Source: a virus. From it: 64,000 bases of DNA. Both the position numbers and the translations under genes were made by a program. The notes under the pieces were generated by a model. It was given only the letters and a program-made list of their open reading frames with translations, did not search any database and was not told the DNA's origin. The stretch lies in the IMG/VR virus record IMGVR_UViG_3300046170_000173; one strand, 5' to 3'. Positions 62,639 through 64,000 of the stretch are shown piece after piece; the stretch's first letter is position 1; the number at the start of each line of letters is the position of its first letter.

Positions 62639-64000
62639 TTATAGTAAGAACTCCTATCTAGGTAATCCACAGATCAAACGAGACGGTGTCGCAGAAGAAT
62701 GGGACGCCACGAAACTCCGTGAGTATAAGAAATGCATGGGAGATCCTTCGTATTTCTGCAAACAGTATGTCAAGGTTATCCATCTAGACAAGGGCCTCGT
62801 TCCATTCGAACTCTACCCGTATCAAGAAGACATGTTTGATCACTTTGAGGATAACAGGTTTTCTATCGTCCTAGCGTGTCGACAGTCAGGTAAGTCTATC
62901 AGTTCGGTCGGATACATTCTATGGTATGCCCTGTTCCATCCAGAAAAGACCATTGCTATCCTCGCGAACAAGGGTGCGACCGCACGTGAGATGTTGGCAC
63001 GTGTGACCTTGATGATGGAAAATCTTCCGTTCTTCTTACAGCCAGGGTGTAAGGCACTCAACAAAGGATCTATCGAACTATCCAATAACTCTCGTATAAT
63101 CGCAAGTGCGACATCCGGATCATCGATTCGTGGTATGTCGGTAAACCTTCTGTTCCTAGATGAGTTTGCGTTCGTTGAGAACGCGGCAGAATTCTATACG
63201 TCAACCTATCCCGTAGTATCTTCCGGTGTAGACACTAAGGTGATCATTACATCAACCGCGAATGGTATCGGTAATACTTATCATAAGATCTGGGAAGGTG
63301 CCGTGCAAGGTGTAAACGAATACAAACCCTATCGTGTAGATTGGTGGGATGTGCCTGGGCGAGATGATAGGTGGAAAGAGGAAACCATCGCGAATACATC
63401 CCAACTCCAGTTTGATCAGGAATTTGGGAATACCTTCTTCGGGACGGGTGACACATTGATCGAGGGTAATACCCTGCTAGATCTACGTGCGCGACAACCA
63501 ATAAATCTATTGGAAGGTGGGGATCTCAAGGTATATGAGAAACCCATCAAAGATCATGAGTATATCATGACCGTGGATGTAAGTAAGGGTAGAGGACAGG
63601 ACTATTCGACATTTACGGTAATCGATGTATCACAAAGGCCATTTAAACAAGTGGCTGTATATCGAAACAACAATATTTCTCCCTTGCTCTACCCGAGCAT
63701 TATTTATAAGTATGCGAATCTTTATAACGAAGCGTTATGTATTGTTGAAAATAATGATGCCGGAATATTGGTTGCGGTTGGTCTCTACCAAGATCTAGAG
63801 TATGAAAATATGTTCTTGGAATCCGCTATCAAGTCAGACGCTATCGGTGTAACGATGACTCGTAAAGTAAAACGCATCGGGTGTTCGTCTATTAAGGATA
63901 TCTTAGAGAACAATAAATTACAAGTAGTTGATGAAGAAACTATTCTAGAGATCTCCACATTTGTCTCCAAGGGGGTATCCTATGAGGCGAGTGATGGTAA
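62631..64000 (+). CDS. 17: Terminase large subunit gp17 (runs off the window end)
   Basis: YLGNP.IK, Walker A CRQSGKS, Walker B LFLDEFAFV, ITSTANG, nuclease motif TVDVSKGRGQDYS. Confidence 0.97.
   Translation, partial: MSSYSKNSYLGNPQIKRDGVAEEWDATKLREYKKCMGDPSYFCKQYVKVIHLDKGLVPFELYPYQEDMFDHFEDNRFSIVLACRQSGKSISSVGYILWYALFHPEKTIAILANKGATAREMLARVTLMMENLPFFLQPGCKALNKGSIELSNNSRIIASATSGSSIRGMSVNLLFLDEFAFVENAAEFYTSTYPVVSSGVDTKVIITSTANGIGNTYHKIWEGAVQGVNEYKPYRVDWWDVPGRDDRWKEETIANTSQLQFDQEFGNTFFGTGDTLIEGNTLLDLRARQPINLLEGGDLKVYEKPIKDHEYIMTVDVSKGRGQDYSTFTVIDVSQRPFKQVAVYRNNNISPLLYPSIIYKYANLYNEALCIVENNDAGILVAVGLYQDLEYENMFLESAIKSDAIGVTMTRKVKRIGCSSIKDILENNKLQVVDEETILEISTFVSKGVSYEASDG

Overview
A 64-kb segment of a T4-like (Tevenvirinae/Kyanoviridae-type) myophage genome. 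All family assignments come from motif recognition and gene order; no database search was run. Bases 1-7600 are an early, hypervariable region of small ORFs behind repeated sigma70 promoter cassettes, followed by gp33 and gp32. Bases 8925-13919 are a minus-strand late operon (methyltransferase, gp4, gp2, gp54, gp26/gp51, tape-measure candidate). Bases 13969-64000 are a plus-strand late region with TATAAATA promoters: baseplate genes (gp48, gp53, hub, gp5, gp25, gp6, gp7, gp8), a very large set of fibre-like genes, gp13-gp16 and a truncated gp17. The most striking feature is a 1628-aa protein (42320-47206) built like a protein stem-loop. It has two arms of exactly 630 aa whose tetrapeptide units are complementary in antiparallel register, flanking an 81-aa tip domain. 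Directly downstream is a cassette with its own promoter encoding an unknown protein, a glycosyltransferase and a 2OG-Fe(II)-like oxygenase. Other highlights are a probable -1 programmed frameshift fusing gp26 to gp51 just upstream of the tape-measure gene, a ~380-triplet collagen fibre next to a KpsS-like glycosyltransferase, and one small beta-domain reused at the tips of different fibres. Eleven single G/C insertions break ORFs and are most likely sequencing errors.
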